DNA from: Chloroflexota bacterium
Lineage (GTDB): Bacteria > Chloroflexota > Dehalococcoidia > GIF9 > AB-539-J10
Length of the DNA: 57,641 nucleotides
Direction of reading: 5' to 3'
NCBI GenBank assembly: GCA_034722275.1
Contig: JAYENW010000028.1
Span: forward strand, 1 to 57,641
In this document: piece by piece, positions 11,123 to 21,022 of the stretch
Numbering within the stretch: the stretch's first letter is position 1
Layout: each line of letters starts with the position of its first letter
Position numbers and translations under genes: made by a program
The notes under the pieces: model-generated
Seen by the model: the letters and a program-made list of their open reading frames with translations, nothing else
Database searches by the model: none
Told to the model about the DNA's origin: nothing

Positions 11123-12340
11123 TCAAGTGGCATCAAGTTCAAAAGTTTTATGTAATATTTGAATGGCATCCCTGACTTTATCTTCGGATATGATACAGGT
11201 TATACGTATCTCAGAAGTTGTGATCAACTGAATGTTGATGCCTTCTTCGTAAAGGGCACGGAACATTCTGGCAGCATAACCTGGTGTGTTTTCCATACCC
11301 GTGCCCACGATACTAACTTTGGCTAAACCAGAATCAGTGGCACACCGCTTAGCCCCGATATCCATAGAAACGGGTTCTATAATAGACATGGCTTTGGTCA
11401 ACTCACTTCGAGCTATAGTGAAGGTAAGGTCAGTAATACCCTCAATGCTGGCATTCTGAACGATGGTATCCACGCTTATATCTGCCCTGGCCAGGGGTTC
11501 AAAAATACTCATAGCGATGCCAGGGTGGTCAGGGACACCAATGATGGTGATCTTGGCTACGTTGGTATCATGGGCAATCCCTCTTACCTTATTTCTTATT
11601 TCCATGGAGGCCTCCTTAGAGATAATTGTTCCTGGCTTATCAACGAAACTTGAAGCCACTGTGATGGGTATATTGTATAACTCACCTAATTCAACAGCTC
11701 TGGGATGTATTACCTTGGCTCCGTAACTGGCGAGCTCCAGCATTTCCTCGTAGCCAATTTTCTTTAATTTAACTGCTTGAGGTACAAAGCGAGGGTCAGC
11801 AGTGTAAACGCCTTCAACATCAGTGTAAATTTGGCACATTCCAGCATGGAGAGATGCAGCTAAGGCAACTGCTGTAGTGTCAGAGCCACCCCTCCCCAGA
11901 GTTGTGATATCCCTGTCTTGAGTCACACCTTGAAATCCAGCTACAATAACAACCTTACCTTTCTTCAGTTCATCAGCGATTCGTTTGGGATCAACACGAA
12001 GGATATGAGCTTTACTGAAACTAGAATCAGTTTGGATACCTGCCTGAGCACCACTGAGACTAATCGCCTTGTGGCCCAAATCCTCCAAAGCCATAGCCAA
12101 GAGGGTGCTAGAAACTAGCTCTCCTGTAGAAAGTAGAACATCAAGTTCTCTATCTTTGGGCTGCGCACTAATTTGATAAGCTAGTTCAAGCAACCTATTG
12201 GTGGTATCACCCATTGCTGAAATGACAACTACTACCTGGTTTCCTTCACTTCTCGCTTTAACTATGCGCCGAGCTACATTTTTAATCTTGTCGCCATCAG
12301 CAACAGAGCTGCCACCATACTTTTGTACCATTAAAGGCAT
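11123..12340 (-). CDS. lysC: Aspartate kinase
   Basis: [38 protein letters not shown] and two C-terminal ACT domains. Confidence 0.96.
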   Translation of the reverse strand: MPLMVQKYGGSSVADGDKIKNVARRIVKARSEGNQVVVVISAMGDTTNRLLELAYQISAQPKDRELDVLLSTGELVSSTLLAMALEDLGHKAISLSGAQAGIQTDSSFSKAHILRVDPKRIADELKKGKVVIVAGFQGVTQDRDITTLGRGGSDTTAVALAASLHAGMCQIYTDVEGVYTADPRFVPQAVKLKKIGYEEMLELASYGAKVIHPRAVELGELYNIPITVASSFVDKPGTIISKEASMEIRNKVRGIAHDTNVAKITIIGVPDHPGIAMSIFEPLARADISVDTIVQNASIEGITDLTFTIARSELTKAMSIIEPVSMDIGAKRCATDSGLAKVSIVGTGMENTPGYAARMFRALYEEGINIQLITTSEIRITCIISEDKVRDAIQILHKTFELDAT

Positions 12341-13534
12341 CTAATCTCCTCCAGTAATCAATATGTGCATAATATTATATCCTTCTTCTATGGCAAAGTT
12401 CGTATTCTTCGCTTCGGCCTCGGTAAATCTCTTGGCCCCATTAGCTGTAAATCCTGATCCCCAAAGCAGGAATGGGACTGGCTCGCGAACATGAGTTTGA
12501 ATCTCAATTGGCGTGGCATGATCAGGCATAATTAACACCCGAAGCGGCTCTTCATTCCAAGCTCGGAGCCGGCTCACAATTTCTTTATCCACTTCCTCAA
12601 TTGCCTTTATTTTGTCAGCAATAGAGCCTGCATGGGCAGCTTCGTCGGGTGCCTCTACATGGATGGTCACCAAATTATGCTTCTCAAGTGATATTAATGC
12701 TCCGTTTGCTTGGGCAGCGTAATTGTTGTCCAAGTTGTCGCTAACTCCAGAGATGTTCAGTATCTCCATACCTGTCATTTTGGCTAAGCCTCGCAGAAGA
12801 TCAACTCCGGATGTCAAGGCAGCGTCCAGCCCGTGAGCTTCCTTGAAGAATGGCATATCAGGTATCTTACCACTGCCCCAAAAAAGCCAGACCATAGTGG
12901 CTGGAATATCGCCACGGGATTTTCGTGCCATATTCACAGGATGGGTGCGAAGCACAACTTTTGAGCGTGTCATGAGGTCTGTCAATAATTCGCTCCCTGA
13001 GCCATGAGGGAGAAAATCATCAATGGGTTTACCTGGAATATCATGTGGGGGGGTACAGATGGCTGCAAGCGTATCCTCTCCATCCTTTATGGTACATATA
13101 TGCCGGTAGCTTATTCCAGGATAAAAATGCACTTTATCATCACCAAGTGTTTGGTTCAAACTATTGATAAGAGTTTGTGCTTCTTCCGTGTTGATATGGC
13201 CACAGCTGTAACTCCACATTTTCCTGCTTTGAACTGACACCAGATTACAGCGGAAAACTACTTCGCCTTTCTCAAGGAGAATATTCATCGCTCTGGCTTC
13301 AATAGCACTTCTGCCTCGATAATAGATTTGGGGGGCATAGCCTAGCACCGACATACAGGCACAGGCACTGCTGGGTTCCATTCCTGGAGGCACAGTTTGA
13401 GTTAGCCCCACCACACCTTCTTGTGCCATCTTGTCCAAGTTCGGAGTATGTGCTAACTCCAGGCAGGTTTTGCCTTCATGCTGAGGCAACGGCCAACCTG
13501 AAGCACCATCTATTATGAGAATACAATATTTCAT
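12341..13534 (-). CDS. ApgM-family cofactor-independent phosphoglycerate mutase-like protein (proposed homoserine kinase clade)
   Basis: [37 protein letters not shown] and PDHATP metalloenzyme motifs; stop abuts the lysC ATG. Confidence 0.85.
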   Translation of the reverse strand: MKYCILIIDGASGWPLPQHEGKTCLELAHTPNLDKMAQEGVVGLTQTVPPGMEPSSACACMSVLGYAPQIYYRGRSAIEARAMNILLEKGEVVFRCNLVSVQSRKMWSYSCGHINTEEAQTLINSLNQTLGDDKVHFYPGISYRHICTIKDGEDTLAAICTPPHDIPGKPIDDFLPHGSGSELLTDLMTRSKVVLRTHPVNMARKSRGDIPATMVWLFWGSGKIPDMPFFKEAHGLDAALTSGVDLLRGLAKMTGMEILNISGVSDNLDNNYAAQANGALISLEKHNLVTIHVEAPDEAAHAGSIADKIKAIEEVDKEIVSRLRAWNEEPLRVLIMPDHATPIEIQTHVREPVPFLLWGSGFTANGAKRFTEAEAKNTNFAIEEGYNIMHILITGGD

Positions 13535-13581
13535 GGCATCCTTGTTCTAGTGACCAAAGCATCATATAATAACACAGATAG

Positions 13582-13655
13582 CGGGGCGTGGCGCAGTATG
13601 GTAGCGCGCAGCGTTCGGGACGCTGAGGTCGGAGGTTCAAGTCCTCTCGCCCCGA
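13582..13655 (+). tRNA. tRNA-Pro(CGG)
   Basis: CGGGGCGTGGCGCAGTATGGTAGCGCGCAGCGTTCGGGACGCTGAGGTCGGAGGTTCAAGTCCTCTCGCCCCGA; anticodon CGG; no encoded CCA. Confidence 0.96.
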
Positions 13656-13717
13656 TTCTCAGATTATACATAAAGCTTAAGCCGAATACTAAACTTTATT
13701 TTCGAGCCTTGAGGGTA

Positions 13718-13746
13718 TTGACAGCTTAAACCCCCTATACTATTAT
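13718..13746 (+). promoter_or_regulatory. Sigma70-like promoter upstream of trpB2
   Basis: TTGACA (13718-13723), 17-nt spacer, TATTAT (13741-13746), about 300 nt before the trpB2 start. Confidence 0.6.
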
Positions 13747-13789
13747 TCAAAGCACAGTTCAGGGTATTCATATGAAAGACTGAGGAGGA

Positions 13790-13930
13790 TTGCGATGGAG
13801 AATGAGGTTAACGAAGGCTAGACTATCAGTAGTACACCCTGCATTTGTAGATAGAGAGCCCCGGAAAGCTAAGAGAGGTGGCTTACTGAAAATCGGCTCT
13901 TGTGCCCCACAGCAGGGTCTCTTTTATTTT
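13790..13930 (+). promoter_or_regulatory. Structured leader RNA: T-box Stem I-like module plus U-rich terminator-like element
   Basis: GCGATG...AGTA...AGAGAGCCCC-GGAAA-GCTAAGA-GAGGTGGC resembles the distal AG bulge and apical loop of T-box Stem I. It is followed by a weak hairpin and TTTTATTTT. No canonical T-box bulge was found. Confidence 0.45.
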
Positions 13931-14045
13931 GTTGATGAACATTTGATTGTGATTATCCTCAATTATGTTGCTGGGCGCCGGTGTGCCGGCGCCCAAATGT
14001 GAAGACCGGAAATAACCAGACTCAAATAAAGGAAAGGAAGGGGAA

Positions 14046-15416
14046 ATGGATAAAAGAACAAAATTTACTCTTGATGAAGAAGAAATCCCTACTCATTGGT
14101 ACAATATCCAGACGGATTTCCCAGAGCCAATGCCACCGGTTTTGCATCCAGGTACAGGAAAGCCAGTAGGCCCTGCTGACCTGGCGCCTCTATTTCCTAT
14201 GGAATTAATCAAGCAAGAGGCCAATACTACTGACCGCTGGATTGAAATCCCTGAAGAGATACGGGATATCTACAGGCTGTGGAGGCCCACGACGCTATTT
14301 CGGGCGCATAGATTGGAGAAGGCGCTGGATACACCAGCCAAGATTTTCTACAAATATGAAGGAACAAGCCCGCCTGGCAGCCACAAGCCCAATACAGCAG
14401 TAGCGCAGGCCTGGTACAATAAACAGGAAGGAATTAAGCGCATTACTACTGAGACTGGAGCTGGACAGTGGGGGAGTGCTCTCTCCTTCGGCTGTGGCAC
14501 CCTTGGCGTTGAAGCCCAGGTATATATGGTGGCTATTAGCTATCATCAGAAACCTTATCGCCGCATCATGATGCAGACCTGGGGTGGCCGCTGTGTACCC
14601 AGTCCCAGCACTGAGACTAAGACAGGACGGGACATGCTGGCAAAATGGCCTGACTGCCCCGGCAGCCTGGGTCTAGCTATCAGTGAGGCAGTAGAAGATT
14701 GTGTCTCTCGTGATGATAGTCACTATGCTTTAGGCAGTGTGCTGAATCATGTTCTGGTGCACCAAACGGTAAACGGGTTAGAGGCCAAGAAGCTGATGGA
14801 GAAGGCGGATGCCTATCCTGACATCATCGTTGGATGCATCGGTGGTGGCTCGAATTATGGCGGGCTGTATTTTCCCTTTGTTAAGGATAAACTTGATGGG
14901 ACAAAGCCGAATCTACGTGTCATCAATGTAGAGCCTGCAAGCTGTCCTACCATGACCAGGGCACCCTATGCCTATGATTTTGGTGATAATGTTGGGTATA
15001 CGCCTCTCCTCAAGATGTATACCCTAGGGCATGGTTTTATTCCTCCACCAATCCATGCTGGAGGACTTCGCTACCATGGCATGGCACCTACTATATGCCA
15101 CCTGCAGAGGTTGGGTTTCGTTGAGTCTCAGGCTGAGCATCAGCTTGCTACTTTCGCCGCTGGAGTACAATTTGCCCGCACTGAGGGTATTATCAGCGCT
15201 CCAGAGCCAAACCATGCTATCAAGGTAGTTATTGATGAAGCTCTTAAGTGCAAAGAGGAAGGTGTATCGAAGACTATCCTGTTAGCACACAGTGGCCATG
15301 GACATGTTGATATGGCTGCTTATGATGCCTACTTCTCAGGTAAGCTTCAAGATTATGCTTTTTCTGACGAGGAATTGAAAAAGTCTTTGGAGACACTGCC
15401 GGTAGTACCTTCCTAA
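14046..15416 (+). CDS. trpB2: TrpB2-type PLP-dependent enzyme (tryptophan synthase beta-like)
   Basis: [16 protein letters not shown] (PLP Lys), [26 protein letters not shown] and HAGGLRYHG; no trpA nearby. Confidence 0.93.
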   Translation: MDKRTKFTLDEEEIPTHWYNIQTDFPEPMPPVLHPGTGKPVGPADLAPLFPMELIKQEANTTDRWIEIPEEIRDIYRLWRPTTLFRAHRLEKALDTPAKIFYKYEGTSPPGSHKPNTAVAQAWYNKQEGIKRITTETGAGQWGSALSFGCGTLGVEAQVYMVAISYHQKPYRRIMMQTWGGRCVPSPSTETKTGRDMLAKWPDCPGSLGLAISEAVEDCVSRDDSHYALGSVLNHVLVHQTVNGLEAKKLMEKADAYPDIIVGCIGGGSNYGGLYFPFVKDKLDGTKPNLRVINVEPASCPTMTRAPYAYDFGDNVGYTPLLKMYTLGHGFIPPPIHAGGLRYHGMAPTICHLQRLGFVESQAEHQLATFAAGVQFARTEGIISAPEPNHAIKVVIDEALKCKEEGVSKTILLAHSGHGHVDMAAYDAYFSGKLQDYAFSDEELKKSLETLPVVPS

Positions 15417-15424
15417 GGAAGTAT

Positions 15425-15460
15425 GATAGCGCCACAGTAGCTATATGCTGTGGCGCTATC
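15425..15460. terminator. Hairpin between convergent trpB2 and hisF
   Basis: Perfect 13-bp inverted repeat GATAGCGCCACAG...CTGTGGCGCTATC. Confidence 0.7.
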
Positions 15461-15505
15461 CTTAGAATTGTTCTCCGCAGAAATATCTACACGTTTTTGC
15501 TCTCT

Positions 15506-16276
15506 TTATATTTTAACAGGGATTCCCTTTTCCTTAAGATATCTTTTTGCTTGCGGTATGGATATTTCCCCGAAATGGAAAATGGAAGCGGCTAAAACTG
15601 CTGCAGCTTTCCCAATAGTTACAGCTTCATATAGATGCTCCAGTTTGCCAGCCCCTCCAGAAGCGGTAACTGGAATACTGACACCTTCAGCCACAGCCCG
15701 GGTCATTTCTAAATCATAACCTTCTTCAGTGCCATCGGCATCCTTGCTGGTGAGCAAAATCTCTCCCGCTCCCAGTTGCTCCGCTTTTTTTGCCCACTGA
15801 ACGGCATCTATTCCTGTGGACTCACTGCCGCTTCTGACCACTACCTCTAGCCGGGGAAGACCACTTTCAGGTGGATTTTTTCTACCATCGATAGCTACCA
15901 CGATTCTCTTGCCGCCAAATTTTTTTGAGGCTTCTTTTACAAGTTCAGGATGTTCTACAGCAGCGGTATTGATGGAGATTTTATCTACACCAAGTTCAAA
16001 TAAAGCCTTCATATCCTCAATGTTTCTGATTCCACCCCCTACGGCAAAAGGAATGGTGACCTTTTCTGATACTTTCTTGACCCATTCCAGCCTTGTCCCT
16101 CTATTCTCTACAGTAGCAGCGATATCAAGGAAAACCAGCTCATCAGCACCTTCACGACAGTAGGCTTCTGCTGCCTCCACAGGGTCTCGAGCATCCCTTA
16201 AATTTACAAAGTTTATCCCTTTGACCACACGCCCATCCTTCACATCCATACAAGGTAAGATTCTTACTGTTTCCAT
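15506..16276 (-). CDS. hisF: Imidazole glycerol phosphate synthase cyclase subunit, copy 1
   Basis: [45 protein letters not shown] and ASGGAG; starts 1 nt after the nrpR stop. Confidence 0.9.
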   Translation of the reverse strand: METVRILPCMDVKDGRVVKGINFVNLRDARDPVEAAEAYCREGADELVFLDIAATVENRGTRLEWVKKVSEKVTIPFAVGGGIRNIEDMKALFELGVDKISINTAAVEHPELVKEASKKFGGKRIVVAIDGRKNPPESGLPRLEVVVRSGSESTGIDAVQWAKKAEQLGAGEILLTSKDADGTEEGYDLEMTRAVAEGVSIPVTASGGAGKLEHLYEAVTIGKAAAVLAASIFHFGEISIPQAKRYLKEKGIPVKI

Positions 16277-16277
16277 T

Positions 16278-17273
16278 TTAAAGCTCCCAGAATTTAATCA
16301 AATTCCCATATTCCATGACGGTACTCATAGCGTGGTTGTCCACTTCTATCCCAGCCTCAACAGCAGCTGCTACAGGATTAAGCCCACCCATGAGTATCAT
16401 TCCTATTTTGTTCATTTCTACAGAAATCTCACATGCTGGTTTGTTCACCTCTCCCATCATAATTAGCCCATTCAGACTGGCTTTTTTCAAACCAGCAATA
16501 ACTTCCTCTGCCTGAGGTTGGCACAACGCAGGTATCTCTCGGAAATTCGCCAGTATTCTGCCATTACCTCCTCTAGCTGCCCGTCCCACGCCCGTCATTT
16601 TGCTGGTAATGAATATCTCTGAGGGGTCTAAAGATGAGCCTGAATATTGTATGAACTCCACAAATCGCAGAGGTTTGTAATTTTTAATTTGGAGTATGCC
16701 ACCAAATTTGGAGTCCAGAGGAATACCAGCCTTGAGTAAAGCGCCATTGATTATGATGCTACAAACAGTAGCCAAACCTATTTTACCTTGTGGTACAAGT
16801 ATTTCCCCCAGTCGTTCACCTCGATGAGCCACAGCTACAAGGTCACTGACGCAGACTCCAGCCTGGAAAGCACTCTTCATGACTTTAATCGCCTGGCCAA
16901 ATTTTTCCTCGGGAAATAAAGAAAGATTGACAGGGACTTTGCCCTGATGATTATTCAGGTCAAAGTTGGTTTGGTAAGCCAGAAGCTCTATTTTGGAAGC
17001 CACAAAACCGATTTTGTCACCAACCAAAGCGCTTTTTAATTCCTCTATACCCGATTTAGTAATTAACCTCCCGCTCCTTCCCATATTTTGTGTGAATCCA
17101 CGCTCATCCATCAGCTTGAGATGGTATCTAACAGCGCGTTCGGAGAGCTCAATTCTATAGTCTTTAAGACGCTGGGAGATAACCCTGGCGCCGAGAGCTT
17201 CATTGGATCGACTCAGAGTCCTGAGAATGGCTATTACTTTTCTTTCTACCTCTTGAGGTTCTTGAACGAGCAA
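16278..17273 (-). CDS. nrpR: NrpR-family nitrogen repressor (wHTH plus single NRD/DUF128 domain)
   Basis: LGARVIS...ERAVRYHLKLMDERG winged helix; TVCSIIING, GSSLDPSEIF, ANFRE and GGLNPVAAAVEAGI NRD motifs. Confidence 0.88.
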   Translation of the reverse strand: MLVQEPQEVERKVIAILRTLSRSNEALGARVISQRLKDYRIELSERAVRYHLKLMDERGFTQNMGRSGRLITKSGIEELKSALVGDKIGFVASKIELLAYQTNFDLNNHQGKVPVNLSLFPEEKFGQAIKVMKSAFQAGVCVSDLVAVAHRGERLGEILVPQGKIGLATVCSIIINGALLKAGIPLDSKFGGILQIKNYKPLRFVEFIQYSGSSLDPSEIFITSKMTGVGRAARGGNGRILANFREIPALCQPQAEEVIAGLKKASLNGLIMMGEVNKPACEISVEMNKIGMILMGGLNPVAAAVEAGIEVDNHAMSTVMEYGNLIKFWEL

Positions 17274-17402
17274 TTCTAATCCTTTTAAGGTTTAAGGGGG
17301 CTTTTTATCTATGCTATTTTGGCCAAATTTGAGATGGCTTGTCAAGTTTGGTAGAAGTCGTTAACTTGAGTTATGTCCTTGCTCTGAGTATCATTACGGG
17401 CA

Positions 17403-17976
17403 ATGAAAAAATCGGTGTTCTTGCCTTACAAGGGGCTTTTATTGAACATATTTCTATGTTCCGGAAACTGGGTGTAGCAGCTTCCCCTGTTCGCCTCCCA
17501 CAAGAACTCCGAGGATTGGATGGCTTGGTGATTCCTGGGGGTGAAAGCACTACCATTGCTAAATTGATGCAAACCTATAATTTGACAGAGGCCATACAAG
17601 GACTGGTTTCAGATGGCTTATCTGTGTTGGGAACCTGTGCTGGTATGATTCTTCTGTCAAAGAATGCCAGTCAGGTAAATCTGGAGACTATGGGCGCAAT
17701 TGATATTGAGGTCAGACGCAATGCCTTTGGCCGGCAAATAGACAGTTTTGAGGCTGCTCTTCCCATGCCTGTTCTTGGTGAAGAGCCCTTTCATGCTATA
17801 TTCATTCGCGCCCCGAGCATTACCGGTATAGGGCCGACGGTACAGGTTTTGGCCGATTGGAAGATGGCATGGGTGTTGCGGCCAGGCAGGGAAAGGTGCT
17901 TGTTTGTGCTTTTCATCCTGAGCTCACTGATGACATGAGGTTTCACCAGTATTTTATGGAGGCTGTGGTTGGGTAA
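17403..17976 (+). pseudogene. pdxT: PLP synthase glutaminase subunit with two apparent -1 frameshifts (pseudogene or sequencing error)
   Basis: IGVLALQG, PGGESTT, GTCAG, RRNAFGRQ and FIRAP lie in one frame. The ATG at 17403 is out of frame across an A6 run. The catalytic FHPEL tail ([27 protein letters not shown]...*) is in a third frame after about 17854. Confidence 0.85.
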
Positions 17977-18051
17977 AACGGATTTTCAAAAGGATGGTTT
18001 GTAGAGTATCGCATGGAATATTATAATTTGCCTAAATAATAAGGAGGCTAG

Positions 18052-19785
18052 TTGCATACTATCAGAATTGGAATGGCTCAGATCAATCTCACTGTGGGAG
18101 ATCTGAGTGGCAACGCAAGGAAAATAATTCAATTCATTGATGAGGCAAAATCGCTTGGCGTTGACTTACTGACCTTCCCCGAATTAGCCATAACAGGCTA
18201 TCCACCTCAAGACTTGCTGCTCAAGCCACAGTTTATCAAACAAAACCAAGAAAGCCTCAGCGAAATAGTGGAGCACACCTCAGATATAGCAGTAGTAGTA
18301 GGTTTTGTTGATAGCAACAGCGATATCTATAATGCTGCCGCGATAATTTATGATAAGAAATTGGCTGGTGTTTACCATAAAATCTATTTACCTAACTATG
18401 GTGTGTTCGATGAGAATAGATATTTCCAAGCGGGAAATGAGTGTCCGGTGTTTATTATTTGTGGCATCGGTATAGGTGTAACTATCTGTGAAGACATGTG
18501 GTATGAGGGTGGACCGGCGAGAGTAGAAGCTTATGCCGGGGCTAGAGTATTAATTAATATAAACGCTTCCCCATATCATATCGGCAAGAGTCATTTCAGG
18601 GAGAGGATGCTGGCTACCAGAACATCCGATAATGTAGCTATTGTTGTCTATAACAATTTGGTTGGTGGTCAGGATGAACTGGTATTTGACGGCAATAGCT
18701 TCATCATCAATGAAAAGGGGGAGGTCATCACTCGGGGAAAACAGTTTGAGGAGGATCTTATAGTCGCAGATTTGAATATGGAATCGGTGTTTCGTTCTCA
18801 ATTACATGGTCCCAGGCGGAGGAAAGAGACGATGTGGCTTAGGAACGAGCTAGAACAGGTTACCGAAATTAGAATATCAAATGAATATTCGCTGGTTGCC
18901 AAGCCGCCCTTGCCACCAAGGCAAGTGGAAAGACTAGATGACCTTGCAGAAATATATCAGGCACTTGTCCTAGGCACTGGAGATTATGTGCGTAAGAATG
19001 GCTTTAACAAGGTAGTTATTGGTTTATCTGGAGGAATTGACTCTAGTCTGGTAACTGCCATAGCAGTTGATGCTTTGGGGGCTGAGAATGTTGTTGGTGT
19101 GTCTATGCCCTCTCGTTACTCGTCGCCGGGTAGCATGTCAGATGCTGAGGTATTGGCAAAGAGCCTGGGGATAGAGCTCAAGGTAATCCCTATTGAGAAA
19201 GCATTTGGCGCGTATTTGGAGACTTTAGCTGAGTCTTTCAAAAATAGCCAGCCTGATGTTACTGAAGAGAACATTCAAGCAAGGATAAGGGGCAATATTC
19301 TCTTTGCCCTATCCAATAAATTTGGCTGGTTGGTGCTGACTTGCAGTAATAAAAGCGAGACGGCTACAGGTTACACTACACTTTATGGAGACATGGCTGG
19401 AGGATTTATCCCTCTGAAAGATGTTCCCAAGACAATGATTTACGAGCTGGCACGATACAGAAATCAACAGGCAGGAAGGGAAGTGATCCCATCCAGTATT
19501 TTAACCAAAACCCCATCAGCTGAGCTAAGACCCGACCAGCGAGATATAGATACTCTGCCACCATATGAAATTCTAGACCCCCTTTTAAAAACATATGTGG
19601 AAGATGATATGGCGATTGACCAGATCGTAGCTATGGGTTTCAACCGCAAAATAGTCGAGCACGTGGCTCGATTAGTGGACCAGAGCGAATACAAACGCCG
19701 CCAGGCTGCACCAGGTATAAAGATAACCCCTAGGAACTTTGGCAGAGATAGGAGATTACCTATTACTAACAAATTTAGAGATTGA
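18052..19785 (+). CDS. nadE: Glutamine-dependent NAD+ synthetase
   Basis: N-terminal nitrilase domain (FPEL, KIYLPNYGVFDE, ICED) plus synthetase domain (GLSGGIDS, ENIQARIRG, PSAEL, SEYKRRQA); AAGGAGG RBS. Confidence 0.96.
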   Translation: MHTIRIGMAQINLTVGDLSGNARKIIQFIDEAKSLGVDLLTFPELAITGYPPQDLLLKPQFIKQNQESLSEIVEHTSDIAVVVGFVDSNSDIYNAAAIIYDKKLAGVYHKIYLPNYGVFDENRYFQAGNECPVFIICGIGIGVTICEDMWYEGGPARVEAYAGARVLININASPYHIGKSHFRERMLATRTSDNVAIVVYNNLVGGQDELVFDGNSFIINEKGEVITRGKQFEEDLIVADLNMESVFRSQLHGPRRRKETMWLRNELEQVTEIRISNEYSLVAKPPLPPRQVERLDDLAEIYQALVLGTGDYVRKNGFNKVVIGLSGGIDSSLVTAIAVDALGAENVVGVSMPSRYSSPGSMSDAEVLAKSLGIELKVIPIEKAFGAYLETLAESFKNSQPDVTEENIQARIRGNILFALSNKFGWLVLTCSNKSETATGYTTLYGDMAGGFIPLKDVPKTMIYELARYRNQQAGREVIPSSILTKTPSAELRPDQRDIDTLPPYEILDPLLKTYVEDDMAIDQIVAMGFNRKIVEHVARLVDQSEYKRRQAAPGIKITPRNFGRDRRLPITNKFRD

Positions 19786-19857
19786 TCCAGTTGGTGAAGT
19801 ATCCCCATGTCCTTTCTAATTTCTCTCACTTGATGCAAGAAGACACTTTTCGTTTAC

Positions 19858-19886
19858 TTGACAGGGCATTTTTATGGTAGTAAAAT
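19858..19886 (+). promoter_or_regulatory. Sigma70 promoter of the GOGAT/his operon
   Basis: TTGACA (19858-19863), 17-nt spacer, TAAAAT (19881-19886). Confidence 0.7.
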
Positions 19887-19888
19887 GC

Positions 19889-19902
19889 GGTAAACGGTTA
19901 CC
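19889..19902. promoter_or_regulatory. Palindromic candidate NrpR operator GGTAA-ACGG-TTACC
   Basis: 14-bp inverted repeat 2 nt after the -10 box, over the predicted start site; same geometry as the archaeal NrpR operator GGAA-N6-TTCC. Confidence 0.5.
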
Positions 19903-19934
19903 TACGTCTACTATAATTCGGGATTTTATGAGCA

Positions 19935-20405
19935 ATGAGAAAAGTGTATATTAAGGAAGAAAACTGCATTGGCTGTGGTCTTTGTCAAGTTTACTGCAAA
20001 GCAGAACATTCTCAGTCCAAAGACATAATTAAGGCCTATAAGAAAGAAACACCTCCTCCTTTGGCACGTATTCGCGTGGAGAGAAAAGAAGATATCTTCC
20101 TTGCCATTCAATGTCGTCATTGCACTGAACCTTGGTGTGTCTATTCTTGTCTCACCGGAGCTATGCATAAAGACCCTGTGAGTGGCCTAGTTGCTGTTGA
20201 TGCGGGAAGATGCATTGGTTGTTGGACTTGTATCATTGCCTGCCCTTATGGGTTGCTAACTAGAGATGTAAGTAGCAAGACCGTTGCTAAATGTGACCTT
20301 TGCCCTGGAAGAGATATACCTGTCTGTGTAGCTAATTGTCCTAACGAAGCGCTTGTGCTGAGTGCAGATGGAGAAAAGGGTATCCGTTCACATAGAGTGA
20401 AATGA
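19935..20405 (+). CDS. 4Fe-4S dicluster electron-transfer protein (CooF/DmsB-like)
   Basis: CIGCGLCQVYC, CRHCTEPWCVYSC, CIGCWTCIIACPYG and KCDLC...CVANCP. Confidence 0.9.
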   Translation: MRKVYIKEENCIGCGLCQVYCKAEHSQSKDIIKAYKKETPPPLARIRVERKEDIFLAIQCRHCTEPWCVYSCLTGAMHKDPVSGLVAVDAGRCIGCWTCIIACPYGLLTRDVSSKTVAKCDLCPGRDIPVCVANCPNEALVLSADGEKGIRSHRVK

Positions 20406-21016
20406 TTGCCATAATCGATTACGGTGCTGGAAATTTGCGTAGTGTCGCTAATGCTATCAAGAAACTGGGTTACCAGTCGGAGGTGACAAGTAACCCAAGT
20501 GAGGTGCTTGATGCTGCTGCGGTAATTCTGCCTGGCGTTGGTGCTGCAGGAGATACTATGAAGAGTTTGGAGAAATTGAGCCTGATCGGTGCTATCTGGC
20601 AACTGATCCACCAGAAGAGACCGTTTTTTGCTGTCTGTGTAGGTTTACAGGTGCTGTTTTCGGGAACTGAAGAGGGAGGCTGGCATGAGTGTTTGGGGGT
20701 GATTCCTGGAAAAGTAAAGAAGTTACCTCCAGGGCTTAAAACTCCTCATATGGGTTGGAATCAGGTGAAGCAAAAAATTTCTCACCCTATTTTCAATGGT
20801 ATACCAGATGAAGCCCATTTCTATTTCGTCCACAGCTACTATGCCGAACCTGAAGATATGTCGGTCGTAGCAGGCATGACAGAGTATGGTGTGCCTATGT
20901 GCAGCATGGTGGTCAAGGATAATTTGGTGGCAACTCAATTTCACCCTGAGAAAAGTGGCGAGCAAGGATTAAGAATGTACTCCAATTTTTTAAATATGGC
21001 ACTAACTGGGAAATAA
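20402..21016 (+). CDS. hisH: Imidazole glycerol phosphate synthase glutaminase subunit
   Basis: IIDYGAGNLRSV, LPGVG, VCVGLQ (catalytic Cys), PHMGWN, YFVHSY and QFHPEKS; ATGA overlap with the upstream gene. Confidence 0.95.
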   Translation: MIAIIDYGAGNLRSVANAIKKLGYQSEVTSNPSEVLDAAAVILPGVGAAGDTMKSLEKLSLIGAIWQLIHQKRPFFAVCVGLQVLFSGTEEGGWHECLGVIPGKVKKLPPGLKTPHMGWNQVKQKISHPIFNGIPDEAHFYFVHSYYAEPEDMSVVAGMTEYGVPMCSMVVKDNLVATQFHPEKSGEQGLRMYSNFLNMALTGK

Positions 21017-21022
21017 ACATAA

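Noticed and set aside
12338-12343. In-frame TAG-ATG junction of the apgM-like gene and lysC as pyrrolysine or readthrough fusion
   Set aside because: Both proteins are complete on their own, lysC has its own GGAG RBS, and no pyl genes are present.
13790-14002. 70-aa ORF MRWRMRL... as a Trp leader peptide
   Set aside because: It has only one Trp codon, the TTG is too close to the SD, and the ORF runs through the structured RNA.
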